Assembly: GCA_964548365.1 (NCBI GenBank)
Contig: CAZJRD010000011.1
Coordinates: 4,425 to 68,424, forward strand
Direction: 5' to 3'
Source of the DNA: an uncultured Desulfobacteraceae bacterium
GTDB lineage: Bacteria; Desulfobacterota; DSM-4660; Desulfatiglandales; Desulfatiglandaceae
Length of the DNA: 64,000 bases
Below are positions 63,713-64,000 of the stretch, in pieces. The notes under the pieces were generated by a model, which had not been told where the DNA came from, made no database searches, and saw only the letters and a program-made list of their open reading frames with translations. A program made the position numbers and the translations under genes. Each line of letters starts with the position of its first letter. The first letter of the stretch is position 1.

Positions 63713-64000
63713 ATGAAGGTACTGGTGACGTACTATTCGGAGACGGGAAACACTGAAAAGCTCGCCCGGGCGGTCTACGAGGGCGCCGGGCTGGTGGAAA
63801 AAGAGATCGTGCCGATTGATAACGCGGGGGACCTGGAAGTGTATGATCTTATTTTCTGCGGCTTTCCGGTTCATGCACACAGCGTGCCTGCAAAAGTGGA
63901 ATCCTTTCTAAAGACAATTCCGAAAGGCAAGAAGCTTGCCCTCTTCGGTACCCACGGATCCCTGAAAGGAGGACAACTGGCCATTACGGCATTCTATCAG
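63713..64000 (+). CDS. Flavodoxin-like protein (5' partial, runs off the window)
   Basis: MKVLVTYYSETGNTEKLA flavodoxin-type start. SD aaggaggg. Open frame to the window end. Confidence 0.75.
   Translation, partial: MKVLVTYYSETGNTEKLARAVYEGAGLVEKEIVPIDNAGDLEVYDLIFCGFPVHAHSVPAKVESFLKTIPKGKKLALFGTHGSLKGGQLAITAFYQ

Noticed and set aside
1-64000. CRISPR arrays, tRNA or rRNA genes, an intact insertion sequence, prophage or toxin-antitoxin pairs.
   Set aside because: No regularly spaced direct repeats were seen, and no tRNA-like T-arm or acceptor pattern in the intergenic regions. Only transposase stubs are present, with no phage-type gene content.

Overview
All calls come from reading the sequence and recognising motifs; no searches were run. 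This is a 64-kb chromosomal window that looks like a diderm, sigma54-rich sulfate reducer, Desulfobacterota-like by gene content. About 55 of roughly 60 genes lie on the minus strand.

Gene order, left to right:
- A complete sulfate-activation locus, sat-aprBA-qmoAB, followed by soluble hdrC/hdrB-like genes where membrane qmoC is usually found.
- A polyprenyl synthase and rimO.
- A signalling patch: Ser/Thr kinase with a cNMP domain, a lipoprotein, a membrane-anchored IscU-like protein, and a cNMP-PAS membrane protein.
- A plus-strand Mla-type lipid transport operon.
- A sigma54-driven receiver plus STAS-like pair.
- A 14.6-kb IclR-headed catabolic island: Pot-type ABC importer, proline-racemase-like enzyme, amidohydrolases, class III aminotransferase, CoA-transferase, thiolase.
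- USP, a methyltransferase, a CPA2-CBS antiporter, a TPR protein, a diadenylate cyclase, USP, a 61-aa Cys protein, a PAS-bEBP and DUF5320.
- A thioredoxin/DUF1638/ferredoxin/OYE-like operon under an NtrC-type two-component system.
- A Pif1-like helicase, YaiI, a nitroreductase, an orphan molybdopterin oxidoreductase, an HExxH protein, a kinase-like protein, NudC, a ClC channel and a partial flavodoxin.

No rRNA, tRNA or CRISPR array was seen.

Most notable non-coding signals:
- Two collinear intergenic elements of about 260-300 nt (12203-12466 and 25719-26017). Their helices covary and their wobble pairs favour a plus-strand RNA antisense to the flanking genes. I could not assign them to a known family.
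- Four near-consensus sigma54 -24/-12 promoters. Two of them sit in a duplicated 270-280-bp promoter plus receiver-5'-end module that brackets the catabolic island as direct repeats.
- A 220-bp REPIN/MITE-like long hairpin.
- A Rex-like operator on the sat promoter.
- Transposase debris of Y1/RAYT type and IS110 type.
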